From the sequence record SRR22947725_7321: 37,191 nucleotides of DNA, one strand, 5' to 3'. The translations under genes were made by a program, and so were the position numbers. The notes beneath the pieces are model-generated. The model saw only the letters and a program-made list of their open reading frames with translations, ran no database searches and was not told the DNA's origin. Within the stretch, counting starts at the first letter, position 1, and every line of letters starts with the position of its first letter. This document shows, one piece after another, positions 9,615-22,487 of this stretch.

Positions 9615-10818
9615 AAAGCATGGTATTAAGGTGACTTAAAATATCCGCGGCAACTTCGCTCTTGCTTTTTAGCGGGTAATGCACCGCTTCTTTGTTGCGC
9701 TGCAGAAATGAAATCTTGTTTGTATTATGTCCAAAAGCTGCTCCAGGATCTTCCAAGGAGTTTACAACGATTGCATCTAAGTTTTTATTATTAAGCTTTT
9801 GCTGCCCATTTTGAATAGCGTTATTTGACTCTAATGCAAAACCCAATAGAACTTGATGTGTTTTTGTTGCACCTAATGTTGCCAAAATATCCGTGGTTGG
9901 CTCTAGCGCAAGTGCATCAATATTCTTTTCTTTTTTTATTTTATGACTCTGCGAGTTTGACGGCTTAAAATCTGCAACTGCAGCAGCCATAATGACTGCA
10001 TCCGCTGTAGGGTAAGCCTTTAAACAGGCCGCTAACATTTCATCAGCTGTAGTAACAGAAACGAGCGTCACATCCGGATGCGCTTCATTTCCTGCAGTAG
10101 GCCCACATATAAGAGTTACATCGGCACCTTGTTGTGCTGCACTGTTGGCTAGAGCATATCCCATTTTTCCAGATGAATGATTACCTATAAAACGAACAGG
10201 ATCAATAGGTTCGTATGTAGGACCTGCAGTAATTAGAATTTTTTTTCTTGAAAAAGGAGATTTTTCTTCAAAATATGTTTCAAGTGCCGCTAGAAGTTGT
10301 TCAGGTTCTTCCATTCGACCTTCTCCTTCCAAGCCACTAGCCAATGCACCCGAGGTAGCACGAATATGTATATTCCCATTGGAAATTAAGGTCTCAATGT
10401 TTTTTTTGTTGGCTGGGTGTTTATGCATATCCAAATCCATAGCAGGCGCAAAAAAAACGGGGCATTTTGCCGATAAGTAAGTAGCAATTAGCAAATTGTC
10501 TGAGTTGGCATTTGCCATTTTAGAAAGTGTATTCGCTGAAGCAGGAGCCACTAACATCGCATCGGCCCAAAGACCAAGGTCTACGTGATTATTCCATACA
10601 GCATCCTCATTGTCTTCTTGTGTAAAGGAGCTTAAAACTTCTTTATTAGAAACTGTCGATAAAGTAAGCGGAGTAACAAATGTTTTTGCAGCATCGGTCA
10701 TAATGACCTGGACTTCTGCACCAGCTTTGACAAGTAAACGAGCGATTAACGGGGTTTTAAAGGCAGCTATGCTTCCCGATATACCTAGTAGAATTCGCTT
10801 ATCATGCAGCACAGACAT
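9604..10818 (-). CDS. coaBC: Bifunctional phosphopantothenoylcysteine decarboxylase/synthetase
   Basis: GISGSIAAFK, APASANT, PAMDLDM, ITAGPTYEPIDPVRFIGNHSSGKMG. Confidence 0.96.
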   Translation of the reverse strand: MSVLHDKRILLGISGSIAAFKTPLIARLLVKAGAEVQVIMTDAAKTFVTPLTLSTVSNKEVLSSFTQEDNEDAVWNNHVDLGLWADAMLVAPASANTLSKMANANSDNLLIATYLSAKCPVFFAPAMDLDMHKHPANKKNIETLISNGNIHIRATSGALASGLEGEGRMEEPEQLLAALETYFEEKSPFSRKKILITAGPTYEPIDPVRFIGNHSSGKMGYALANSAAQQGADVTLICGPTAGNEAHPDVTLVSVTTADEMLAACLKAYPTADAVIMAAAVADFKPSNSQSHKIKKEKNIDALALEPTTDILATLGATKTHQVLLGFALESNNAIQNGQQKLNNKNLDAIVVNSLEDPGAAFGHNTNKISFLQRNKEAVHYPLKSKSEVAADILSHLNTMLYDS

Positions 10819-10820
10819 TT

Positions 10821-11150
10821 CTATTCGTCCGTGTCAGCATCTGTGTGACGGTAGTATATCTTTTCCTGTAACCACTGTTCAATAGCAATGGCTTGGGGTT
10901 TAGGGAGTTTTTCGTAAAACTTAGATACTTCAATCTGCTCCTTATTTTCGAAAATCTCTTCTAAGTTTTCAGTTGGGGTAGCAAATTCTTCAAGCTTATC
11001 AAATAATTCAACCTTAATATCTTCATTAATTTGAACTGCACGCTTTGCCAAAATAGCAATCGTTTCATAAATATTCCCTGTGCTTACGTCTAACTTATTG
11101 CGGTTATACGTTTTTGTTGTTTCAGCAGCTTGTGTGTTTTTTAAGTCCAT
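10821..11150 (-). CDS. rpoZ: RNA polymerase omega subunit
   Basis: TGNIYE...AKRAVQIN...EIFENKEQIEVSKFYEKLPKP, Bacteroidota RpoZ between bamD and coaBC. Confidence 0.9.
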   Translation of the reverse strand: MDLKNTQAAETTKTYNRNKLDVSTGNIYETIAILAKRAVQINEDIKVELFDKLEEFATPTENLEEIFENKEQIEVSKFYEKLPKPQAIAIEQWLQEKIYYRHTDADTDE

Positions 11151-11159
11151 GGTTACAAA

Positions 11160-11960
11160 TTAATTGGATGCAAAAGTACGGATTTCTTGTTCAATATCAT
11201 TCATGATTTTAGCGGCCTTTTTCATATGGTCTGAGTCTGGGTACAACCGACTAAAATTTTCAAATCTTGACTTAGCGTCTTTTAAGCGCTGTTCCTTTTT
11301 ATAATACACACTATTAATCGCTAAGGTAGCAGTAGCAGAAAATTGAACAAAAAGTGCTGCTTCTCTAAAAGAAGTCCCTGGATTGTCGGCAATAAAGTTG
11401 TCCAGTGCCGTTATAGAAGCCTTATAGTCTCTAATAGTGTTATACTGTTTTGCGATTTCAAATCCCTTTTGTTCCTTTTTTTCACGAAGTTCTTTCACCA
11501 TTGAATTGGCATTTTCCATTCGTTCACTTTCAGGGTATCTATTTATAAATTCCTGTAGCTTATCCAATGCTTCTTGTGTTTCAGTCTGATCCAAACTAAA
11601 CGTAGGAGAAGTCAAGTAATGCGCGTAAGCCATTAAAAAATAAGCCTCGTCTGCTTTTTGGCTTTTAGGAAATGCTTTAACAAAAGTTTCAAATTCATAC
11701 GCAGCCAAAATATGATTTTCAGATTCTAAAAGTGAATTTGCATAAAAAAACACGATGCGCTCTGCTTGGGGTTTACCTCTGTAAGTTTCCTTAAGCTGTG
11801 CATAGAGTTGTGATGCCTTTCGATACTTACCCTGCTCATAAAGAGTGGCCGCTAGTTCCGATTTTTTTGCAACGTCGTCGCTTTTTAATGCCTTTTGAAA
11901 ATCACTACACCCAATAATGAGTAAGGAGAGTATCATCACAGTATATTTTGTTACCTTCAT
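11160..11960 (-). CDS. bamD: Outer membrane assembly lipoprotein BamD
   Basis: Lipobox IIGC, TPR repeats, SLDQTET...LQEFINRYPES. Confidence 0.92.
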   Translation of the reverse strand: MKVTKYTVMILSLLIIGCSDFQKALKSDDVAKKSELAATLYEQGKYRKASQLYAQLKETYRGKPQAERIVFFYANSLLESENHILAAYEFETFVKAFPKSQKADEAYFLMAYAHYLTSPTFSLDQTETQEALDKLQEFINRYPESERMENANSMVKELREKKEQKGFEIAKQYNTIRDYKASITALDNFIADNPGTSFREAALFVQFSATATLAINSVYYKKEQRLKDAKSRFENFSRLYPDSDHMKKAAKIMNDIEQEIRTFASN

Positions 11961-11965
11961 ACTCG

Positions 11966-11973
11966 CAAATTTA
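11966..11973 (-). promoter_or_regulatory. -7 box (TAAATTTG) for the bamD operon
   Basis: TAnnTTTG 5 nt before the ATG. Confidence 0.6.
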
Positions 11974-12001
11974 ATTAATTTCCATCAACAAGCTTTATAG
12001 A

Positions 12002-12667
12002 ATGCGTTTAATTTCCTTGTCCCTTTTATGTTCATTCATAAACTTATTTACTGTAAACGCTCAAGAAAATAAAAAATCTACCCGCTGGGGCATTCAATTT
12101 GGATATGGCACACAACAAGCCAAACCCTTTCACTCCTTAGATTATGATTACCAAAACGCATACATTATGGGTCAAATACAATTGAAAAACTATCAGCTAA
12201 ACAAAATAAATTTAAGCATTTTGGCGGAGGGTGGATACTATAAGGGACAGCACCAACTAATCAATAAATGGTTTGCAGGGACCGATGATTTTGATGGATT
12301 TCCAGACGACTTTCAACAACAAATGCTTAAAAAAAAGGACATACATCAGCTGGTTATGCATTTGGCTGCAGAGGTTAGCTATCGTCTAAAACAAAGCGTA
12401 ATGGTTTATTTTTATTCGGCAATTGGTCCATTATGGACTTCAAAGGGTACTGAGCGACTTGCAGCTGAGCTTGCCTTTTCAGACAATATTGGCTTAGGGT
12501 ATAGGCTTAGGTTATCTAAAAAAATGTGGTTGGATAACAGCGTGGTTTTACGCCATGAGTCAAATGCAGACCTTAAATTTCCTAATTCAGGCCATAATAC
12601 GATTGGAGTACGTTTAGGGATAGTGTTTAATCTAAATCTTCCGCAAAAGGCTGTAGCGCTTCAATAA
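12002..12667 (+). CDS. PagL-like acyloxyacyl hydrolase (lipid A 3-O-deacylase family beta-barrel)
   Basis: Signal peptide, amphipathic beta-strands, FSDNIGLG, RHESNA...PNSG catalytic-type motif. Confidence 0.8.
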   Translation: MRLISLSLLCSFINLFTVNAQENKKSTRWGIQFGYGTQQAKPFHSLDYDYQNAYIMGQIQLKNYQLNKINLSILAEGGYYKGQHQLINKWFAGTDDFDGFPDDFQQQMLKKKDIHQLVMHLAAEVSYRLKQSVMVYFYSAIGPLWTSKGTERLAAELAFSDNIGLGYRLRLSKKMWLDNSVVLRHESNADLKFPNSGHNTIGVRLGIVFNLNLPQKAVALQ

Positions 12668-13511
12668 GCGAATCCGAGGCCTGTACTAGCGGTAAACGAA
12701 CTTGGCTATCAGAAAGCCCTTTAAGTTTTGAGATCGCCTTAATCCCAGCGGGATTTCCTTCTTTGAAAAGCAATTTAATAGCAGGATTGAGACGTGCTGA
12801 AATTGCTTCAGATTCAACTTTATTTCCTGATAAAGCTGCTTGAATCCCCTTAGAAAATGTGACAGGAAAACCTCCAGCAGCAACCGATATAACACCATCA
12901 CCACCAAGCAATGTTAATTCGATAGCAGTTTCATCATCGCCAGAAAAAACAATAAAATCATCTGAACTATTTTGAATAATATCCTTGCCTTGACTTAAAT
13001 CGCCACTTGCATCTTTAACACCAATGATATTAGTGGCGTCTTTATCTAAACGAAGTGTTGTCTCTGCAGTCATATTTACTCCAGTTCTTGCAGGAACATT
13101 ATACATTATTATGGGCAGCATTGTTACAGCATCAAGAGCCATATAATGACGATAAAGGCCTTCTTGTGAAGGACGATTATAGTAAGGAGTTACAGAAAGA
13201 ATAGCATCAAAGCCCTTTGTGTCGATGTGAGAAAATTCTGAAACTAGACTTTGAGTATCATTCCCTCCTAATCCCATTATTAAAGGCACACTACCATTAA
13301 CTTCAGACACAAAAGTGGAAAATATAGCGGTTCGTTCTTCCAGAGTCAGCGTTGCTGATTCTCCAGTAGTCCCCAAGGCAACAAGAAAATCTATTCCACT
13401 TCCGATTAAATGGTGGATAATTCGAGATAGAGCGTCAAAGTCAACCGCTCCTTCGTCGTTAAACGGAGTGATTACTGCTACGCCTGTCGCTGTCCCTTTA
13501 AATACGCTCAT
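12627..13511 (-). CDS. dapA: 4-hydroxy-tetrahydrodipicolinate synthase
   Basis: GTTGES, PYYNRPSQEG, YNVPARTG, GVKDASG, SGDD. Confidence 0.96.
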   Translation of the reverse strand: MSVFKGTATGVAVITPFNDEGAVDFDALSRIIHHLIGSGIDFLVALGTTGESATLTLEERTAIFSTFVSEVNGSVPLIMGLGGNDTQSLVSEFSHIDTKGFDAILSVTPYYNRPSQEGLYRHYMALDAVTMLPIIMYNVPARTGVNMTAETTLRLDKDATNIIGVKDASGDLSQGKDIIQNSSDDFIVFSGDDETAIELTLLGGDGVISVAAGGFPVTFSKGIQAALSGNKVESEAISARLNPAIKLLFKEGNPAGIKAISKLKGLSDSQVRLPLVQASDSLIEALQPFAEDLD

Positions 13512-14010
13512 TGGGGTTTATTTTAATGAAATATTTTTTTAAATCAGAAAAAAATGAACCGAAATCATTTTTAGGTGAAAGCACCAAATCGTTTAGTTGT
13601 GAATCTAAGGTCGATGGACCAATTTTGAAATGCGCATTTAATTGTGCTGAAAAAGACTGAAGAGAAAGGCTAATATGATCGACAAAATGAATCACTACGT
13701 CATAGTTTTTTTCCAACACAAATATTAAATCCTCACCAACAATACGACCTCGCCAGTCCAAACTTTGCGGATGTAAATGAGGCTTAGGAACACCCTCTAA
13801 CATTTTTTTATTGATGCTGTAATGAACGCGTTCTATTACATCGTACTTAGATGAAAACAACGTACACATCTCCTCAAACTGAGCTTCAGTTAATCCCAAT
13901 TCTATATCATGAATAAAAAGCAAACGTCGAACCACTTTGGGTTTAAAAGCTGTCCGATGCACAAGGGCATTAAGCTGCTTTGAAACGATACGTTTAGCAA
14001 AGAATTTCAT
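13498..14010 (-). CDS. Conserved hypothetical protein upstream of dapA (DUF6913-like)
   Basis: ORF 13498..14037; start moved to ATG 14010 because a -7 box lies at 14017-14024. Family from recalled synteny with dapA. Confidence 0.65.
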   Translation of the reverse strand: MKFFAKRIVSKQLNALVHRTAFKPKVVRRLLFIHDIELGLTEAQFEEMCTLFSSKYDVIERVHYSINKKMLEGVPKPHLHPQSLDWRGRIVGEDLIFVLEKNYDVVIHFVDHISLSLQSFSAQLNAHFKIGPSTLDSQLNDLVLSPKNDFGSFFSDLKKYFIKINPNERI

Positions 14011-14016
14011 ACCGTG

Positions 14017-14024
14017 CAAAAGTA
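14017..14024 (-). promoter_or_regulatory. -7 box (TACTTTTG)
   Basis: Exact TAnnTTTG followed by CA, 6 nt before ATG 14010. Confidence 0.6.
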
Positions 14025-14100
14025 CTACTTTATACACTTGTGCTTTGACCTATTTCTATTTATATTATAAATAACTAACGGAATGTTACAAAACCAACAA

Positions 14101-16942
<2,842 letters not shown>

Positions 16943-16946
<4 letters not shown>

Positions 16947-17191
16947 ACCAATGATTTTGTCATCCAAACAGGACAAGAATAATGTCCCGTATTTTCCATG
17001 GGTGCACTTACATAAGAAAACCCATTCTTTTTATAGCGTTTATATGCATCAAACATCATATCAAGTACAGGGTCGGCATACGCAGTTCCGACTTTAGGTA
17101 CTCCAAACTCAATCAGCACCTCGCGTAAGACAACAGCTAACGGTTTATTGTCTAAAGAACGCAAAGGACGTATACTAAATTCCGATTGCAT
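16943..17191 (-). pseudogene. GNAT N-acetyltransferase with in-frame internal deletion
   Basis: N-terminal IRP...EFGVPKVGTAYAD is joined directly to C-terminal YKKNGF...NTGHYSCPVWM. Only 82 aa, with no acetyl-CoA-binding motif A (R/QxxGxG). Confidence 0.75.
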
Positions 17192-17203
17192 GAGGATTAT
17201 TGA

Positions 17204-17211
17204 TATTTTTG
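17204..17211 (+). promoter_or_regulatory. -7 box (TATTTTTG) for ribD
   Basis: TAnnTTTG match; implies ribD starts downstream of 17211. Confidence 0.55.
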
Positions 17212-17229
17212 CTAAAATACACAATCCCA

Positions 17230-18267
17230 TTGCATAGCTCTCACATCTCTTTTATGCGTCGCTGCTTAGCCCTTGCACAAAATGCAAGAGGAAATACCTA
17301 TCCAAATCCTATGGTTGGAGCAGTGTTTGTTAGAAATGGTAGTATCATTGGTGAAGGATGGCATCATAAAGCTGGTGAACCCCATGCTGAAGTGCATGCA
17401 TTAAAAAACGTAAAACCCGCTGACCTCGCCCAAGGAACACTTTATGTGAACTTAGAACCCTGTGCACATACTGGCAAAACACCGCCTTGCTGCAATCTAA
17501 TAATTTCAAAAGGGGTTAAAAGAGTAGTGGTTGGTGCTATAGACCCAAATCCAAAAACAGCTGGTAAGGGAATTAAAGCAATGGAAGATGCGGGTATTGA
17601 AGTGATTCGTGGGGTATTAGAAGATGACTGTAAGGAATTGAACAAACGCTTTTATTGTTACCACACCAACAAACGTCCTTATATAATATTAAAATGGGCA
17701 CAATCAGCAGATGGTTTTATGGCGCCTAAAGATGATGTAGAAGGATCTGTGTTTTGGATTAGTGACACGCATAGTCAACAACTTGCACATCGATGGAGAT
17801 CAGAAGAACATGCTATTCTGGTAGGTCGAAATACCGTTGAGCTTGACAACCCACAATTAACTACAAGAAAATGGGAAGGGAAAAACCCTATCCGATTAAT
17901 AATTGATCCCAATAATGCGATTTCAAAAGATGCAGCAGTATTGAATTCAGAAAGCAAAACTGTTCTTTTTAATTATTCAAAAAGAATAAAAGAAAAGAAT
18001 TTGGTGTGGGAAGTGGTTGATGAAAAAGAACCACTTCAAAGTATTCTAGAAAAATGCCACGGCATGAAAATACAGTCTATATTAGTTGAAGGGGGACAAC
18101 GAACGTTATCAACATTTTTAGATGAAAATATATGGGACGAGTGTCGTATAATAACCGCAACTAAAACATTAGTAAAAGGGCTAGAGGCTCCCAAAAAACC
18201 AAGAGGAATATCCGTAGAAAAAAAGATTGTAGGAGATAGCTTACAAATTATTTATCCTGAAAGATAG
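17230..18267 (+). CDS. ribD: Riboflavin biosynthesis deaminase/reductase RibD
   Basis: PNPMVGAV, HAEVHA, LEPCAHTGKTPPC, LKWAQSADG, ILVEGG. Probable TTG start at 17230. Confidence 0.95.
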   Translation: MHSSHISFMRRCLALAQNARGNTYPNPMVGAVFVRNGSIIGEGWHHKAGEPHAEVHALKNVKPADLAQGTLYVNLEPCAHTGKTPPCCNLIISKGVKRVVVGAIDPNPKTAGKGIKAMEDAGIEVIRGVLEDDCKELNKRFYCYHTNKRPYIILKWAQSADGFMAPKDDVEGSVFWISDTHSQQLAHRWRSEEHAILVGRNTVELDNPQLTTRKWEGKNPIRLIIDPNNAISKDAAVLNSESKTVLFNYSKRIKEKNLVWEVVDEKEPLQSILEKCHGMKIQSILVEGGQRTLSTFLDENIWDECRIITATKTLVKGLEAPKKPRGISVEKKIVGDSLQIIYPER

Positions 18268-18655
18268 CCTGTAACTCCGTAGGGCACTTTATGGCCTTTC
18301 GAGAAACAGCATCAACATATACCAATCTAGTAGAAGCCGTTGCAATTTTAGTACCATCTTCATGCTCAATAGTATAAGAAAAGTCAATAGTAAAATCAGC
18401 ACTGTTTTCTAAAACGAGATGAACAAAAAATTTGTCTTCAAAACGTAGTGGTTGACTATAGTGAATAGATATGTCACGTAAGGGAAGTAAAATACCGTCT
18501 TTCTCTAAGGCAGCATAACTAATCCCTTGCTGATAAAGCCACTGGATTCTGGCTTGCTCCAAAAAATACGCATACTGTGCATGATGCACAATTCCCATTT
18601 GGTCTACTTGATGATAATGGACTTGATTCTGTACTGTAAGTTTTTTACTACACAT
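18248..18655 (-). CDS. Acyl-CoA thioesterase (YbgC/4HBT hotdog family)
   Basis: VDQMGIVHHAQYAYFLEQAR motif; divergent from dnaA. Confidence 0.88.
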   Translation of the reverse strand: MCSKKLTVQNQVHYHQVDQMGIVHHAQYAYFLEQARIQWLYQQGISYAALEKDGILLPLRDISIHYSQPLRFEDKFFVHLVLENSADFTIDFSYTIEHEDGTKIATASTRLVYVDAVSRKAIKCPTELQAIFQDK

Positions 18656-18850
18656 GGTGAGTTTTATATGTCAAAAATTTCATGTTTAAACGCTTCTTAA
18701 TATGCATAAAACTTTCTGATAATTCAATAGTAAATTAACTTTTTTTTTAAAAAAAATGCACGCATATTTGTACTGTACAATTAGGCAGAGTTCTCCCCAT
18801 ACCATATGCCCTATTTGTTTAAGTAAAACAATATACAACCAATTAAAAAA

Positions 18851-20278
18851 ATGCAACAATCCGCTGAGAGCGTTTGGGATAACTGTTTAGAATTTGTTAG
18901 GGATAACATTCATATTCAGGCATTTAAAACATGGTTTGACCCCATTAAACCAATAAAATTAAACGGAGACGCCTTAAGCGTTGAAGTCCCAAGTAAGTTT
19001 TTTTATGAATGGCTTGAGGAACACTATGTAAAAATCTTAAAAGTAGCACTCACAAAAGAGTTGGGGTCCAACGCTCGGTTGGTTTATGTGATCCGAATGG
19101 AAAACACTTTTGGGAATAAAAAACCTTTTACAGAACAAATACCCAGTCAAAACAAAGGACTTATTAAAGTACAAGATGTTGATGCACCACTTCGGACGCA
19201 CACAACAGAATTAAAGAATCCTTTTGTAATTCCTGGAATCCGTAATTTAAAAGTTGAGTCCCAATTAAATCCCAATTACAATTTTGAAAACTTCCTTGAA
19301 GGAGATGCCAATAGATTAGCACGATCAGCTGGAATTGCTGTTGCAAACAAGCCTGGTGGAACATCCTTTAATCCACTACTCATTTTTGGAGGTGTTGGCT
19401 TAGGGAAAACACATCTAGCACATGCAATTGGAGTAGATATAAAAAGCAAATATCCCGACAAAACTGTCCTATATATATCGGCTGAGAAGTTTACACAACA
19501 ATATATTGAAGCGGTAAAGAAAAATAATCGAAACGATTTTATTCACTTTTATCAAGTGATGGATGTTTTAATCATTGATGACGTCCAATTCTTTTCTGGA
19601 AAATCAGGTACGCAAGACGTCTTTTTCCATATTTTCAACCACTTACATCAAAACGGTAAACAAGTAATACTGACTTCAGATAAAGCTCCCGTTGACATGC
19701 AAGACATTGAACAGCGTTTGCTTTCACGTTTTAAGTGGGGACTTTCTGCAGAGCTTCAACGCCCTGATTACGAAACACGTGTATCTATTCTTAAAAATAA
19801 ATTATATAGAGATGGTGTTGAGTTGCCAGAAGACATTATTGATTTTGTGGCTAAATCTGTAAAAACGAATGTCCGGGAACTTGAAGGAGCCATTATTTCG
19901 CTTATTGCACAGGCCTCCTTTAACCGCCGTGAAGTAACCTTAGACCTTGCTAGACAGGTTGTTGAAAAATTTGTTCGAAACACCAAAAGAGAAATCTCTA
20001 TCGATCACATTCAAAAAGTGGTATCAGAGTACTTCCAAATGGACGTCACAACATTACAATCCAAAACACGCAAACGTCATATTGTGCAAGCTAGACAACT
20101 GGCCATGTTCTTCTCTAAGAAAATGACTAAAGCTTCTTTGGCCAGTATTGGAGCCAAAATTGGACACCGTGATCACGCAACTGTACTGCACGCTTGTAAA
20201 ACAGTTGATAATCTTGCTTTTACAGACAAGCAGTTTAGAAAATATGTTGACGACTTGACAAAGAAACTTTCCAACTAG
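18851..20278 (+). CDS. dnaA: Chromosomal replication initiator DnaA
   Basis: FNPLLIFGGVGLGKTHL, IIDDVQF, RLLSRFKWGL, NVRELEGA, RDHATVLHA. Confidence 0.98.
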   Translation: MQQSAESVWDNCLEFVRDNIHIQAFKTWFDPIKPIKLNGDALSVEVPSKFFYEWLEEHYVKILKVALTKELGSNARLVYVIRMENTFGNKKPFTEQIPSQNKGLIKVQDVDAPLRTHTTELKNPFVIPGIRNLKVESQLNPNYNFENFLEGDANRLARSAGIAVANKPGGTSFNPLLIFGGVGLGKTHLAHAIGVDIKSKYPDKTVLYISAEKFTQQYIEAVKKNNRNDFIHFYQVMDVLIIDDVQFFSGKSGTQDVFFHIFNHLHQNGKQVILTSDKAPVDMQDIEQRLLSRFKWGLSAELQRPDYETRVSILKNKLYRDGVELPEDIIDFVAKSVKTNVRELEGAIISLIAQASFNRREVTLDLARQVVEKFVRNTKREISIDHIQKVVSEYFQMDVTTLQSKTRKRHIVQARQLAMFFSKKMTKASLASIGAKIGHRDHATVLHACKTVDNLAFTDKQFRKYVDDLTKKLSN

Positions 20279-20281
20279 AAC

Positions 20282-20731
20282 ATGTCAACTAAGGTGCTTA
20301 TGGTTTGTCTTGGCAATATTTGCCGATCACCATTAGCTGAAGGAATTCTTAAGAATCTCACGAAAAACAAAACCTATCTTGTCGATTCGGCAGGGACTTC
20401 AAATTACCATCCTGATGCTACACCTGACCCTAGAAGTATAATTGTTGCAGCAAAAAACGGCATCGATATTAGCACGCAACAAGCACGACAAATTTCTATT
20501 ACAGATCTAGATCGATTTGACCATATCCTTGTTATGGATCAGCAAAACTTATCAGATGTTTTAGCATTATGCAGTTCTGAAAAGCAACAAAAAAAAGTAG
20601 CCCTGATTACCCAGGCAGGTGGTCTTGATGTCATAGATATTCCCGATCCCTATTATGGAGATGAAGAAAATTTTGAATATGTTTTTTCCTTGTTACACGA
20701 ATCTTGTACATTGTGGTTGGCTAAACACTAG
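20282..20731 (+). CDS. Low molecular weight protein-tyrosine phosphatase
   Basis: VCLGNICRSP, DSAGT, IPDPYYG. Confidence 0.93.
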   Translation: MSTKVLMVCLGNICRSPLAEGILKNLTKNKTYLVDSAGTSNYHPDATPDPRSIIVAAKNGIDISTQQARQISITDLDRFDHILVMDQQNLSDVLALCSSEKQQKKVALITQAGGLDVIDIPDPYYGDEENFEYVFSLLHESCTLWLAKH

Positions 20732-20733
20732 GC

Positions 20734-21450
20734 ATGGAAAGCAAAAAAGGAGTACTTTTTTTAATCCCCAATGTATTGGGCGACACGGCTCCCTTGGAGG
20801 TAATTCCTTTGTCAGTAAAGAAAACTACGGAACAGCTTAGCCATTTTGTGTTTGAAAAAGAAAAAGCAGGAAGGGCATTCTTAAAACGCTTAAACCCTAA
20901 CATTGCGCAAAATAACATCACTGTATTCTTACTGAATAAATTTTCAGCAACTGAAGAAATTCAAGAAATAATTACTGCGCTTGTTGAAGGTAATGACATC
21001 GGATTGATTACGGATGCTGGTTGTCCGGGTGTTGCTGACCCAGGTGCTGATTTGGTTGCACAAGCACATCAAAACAATATTCGCGTAGTCCCACTTGTAG
21101 GACCCTCGTCCATTTTATTAGCAGTAATGAGTTCAGGCTTAAACGGACAATCCTTCGCCTTCAATGGCTACCTGCCTATAGATAAGACAGAACGGAAAAA
21201 GACAATAAAGATGTATGAAAAGAAATCAAAAGAGCTTCAACAAACTCAAGTTTTTATTGAAACACCGTACCGAAACAACGTCTTACTTGAGGAGTTTTGT
21301 AAAACCCTAAACCCAAATACGCTTCTTAGTATTGCTTGTGATATTACGTTGCCAACAGAGTATATCAAAACGAATACGGTTGGAAACTGGAAGTCAAATA
21401 AAGAGGACTTTTTACGACGTCCTGTCGTATTTTCATTATTGGCTTCCTAA
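20734..21450 (+). CDS. SAM-dependent tetrapyrrole-methylase-fold methyltransferase (RsmI-like)
   Basis: DAGCPGVADPG, VVPLVGPSSILLA, FIETPYRN. Confidence 0.85.
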   Translation: MESKKGVLFLIPNVLGDTAPLEVIPLSVKKTTEQLSHFVFEKEKAGRAFLKRLNPNIAQNNITVFLLNKFSATEEIQEIITALVEGNDIGLITDAGCPGVADPGADLVAQAHQNNIRVVPLVGPSSILLAVMSSGLNGQSFAFNGYLPIDKTERKKTIKMYEKKSKELQQTQVFIETPYRNNVLLEEFCKTLNPNTLLSIACDITLPTEYIKTNTVGNWKSNKEDFLRRPVVFSLLAS

Positions 21451-22487
21451 CGATAAATATTTTTATCACGTAACCAAGAGGTGTACTTTTTCTTATTTCT
21501 ATTGTGATCCGATAAGTTGGTCGCAAACAAGTGATAGCCTGCACGGCTTGGATCAGCTACAAAGTAAATATAGTTGTGTTTCTGCGGAAATAATACCGCA
21601 TCAATAGCACTTACATCTGGCATTGTGATTGGCCCAGGTGGAACTCCACGCCTGCGATACGTGTTGTATGGTGAATTGATTTTTAAATCTTTATAGAGTA
21701 CCCTTCGAATGTCCAAGTCATAATTATTCGCATTACGTTTTAATGCAAAAATAACGGTTGGGTCTGCTTGTAAACGCATCCGCTTACGCAGTCGATTTAA
21801 ATAAACACCTGCTACTGTTGAGCGTTCATCAACACGTGCAGATTCAAGCTGAACAATAGCAGCCAATGCTATTGTTTCTGTCCGACTTAGTCCAATCGAT
21901 TTACGAGCCTTCTCCCGCTTGTCATTCCAAAAGCGTTTGTACTCAAAAAGCATGCGATCCCTAAATTCCTCCGCTGATGAATTCCAAAATAATTCATAAG
22001 AGTTTGGAATACAAATCGAATACACATTTTCAAGATTAAATCCGTGTTCTTTTAAAAAATCGGGCTGTGTAAAGGCAGCTACAATCGACACACTATCTGC
22101 TTCGATCTTGTCAGCAACAAAGCGCGCCAAATGCATCAGTGTTTTTTGATTGTTAAAAGTGAGCTTCAGCGGGCGGTTATCGACACGCAATTGATTTATC
22201 ATTTCATTATTACTCATCCCGTTAGCTATAAAAAAGCGCCCCGGAATTGGAACATACCCTTTTCGGGATGCTGCTTGCTGAAAAAAGTCGATACGCCTAA
22301 CGACAGATGACAAGGTGTCGTATGCAGCAACTTTTGTGTTTTTTGAAGGGATTAAAATTTCTTTATCAGACGTTTCAAAAGAGGTGTTTGAAGCAAAAAA
22401 AACACGATAAAAATGAGTTACAAATAGCCCGCCGATGAGCAAACAAAAAAGTACTGTAGCAATTAGTACGCGTTGAAACATTTTCAT
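21447..22487 (-). CDS. mltG: Endolytic transglycosylase MltG
   Basis: AAIVQLE, VAGVYLNRL, LQADPTV, SPYNTY...PPGPI. ATG 22487 overlaps the dapF stop (ATGA). Confidence 0.94.
   Translation of the reverse strand: MKMFQRVLIATVLFCLLIGGLFVTHFYRVFFASNTSFETSDKEILIPSKNTKVAAYDTLSSVVRRIDFFQQAASRKGYVPIPGRFFIANGMSNNEMINQLRVDNRPLKLTFNNQKTLMHLARFVADKIEADSVSIVAAFTQPDFLKEHGFNLENVYSICIPNSYELFWNSSAEEFRDRMLFEYKRFWNDKREKARKSIGLSRTETIALAAIVQLESARVDERSTVAGVYLNRLRKRMRLQADPTVIFALKRNANNYDLDIRRVLYKDLKINSPYNTYRRRGVPPGPITMPDVSAIDAVLFPQKHNYIYFVADPSRAGYHLFATNLSDHNRNKKKYTSWLRDKNIYR

Noticed and set aside
18656..18850. AT-rich region upstream of dnaA as oriC
   Set aside because: No TTATCCACA-type box cluster or tandem unwinding repeats seen. 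Spot counts did not show a GC-skew switch.
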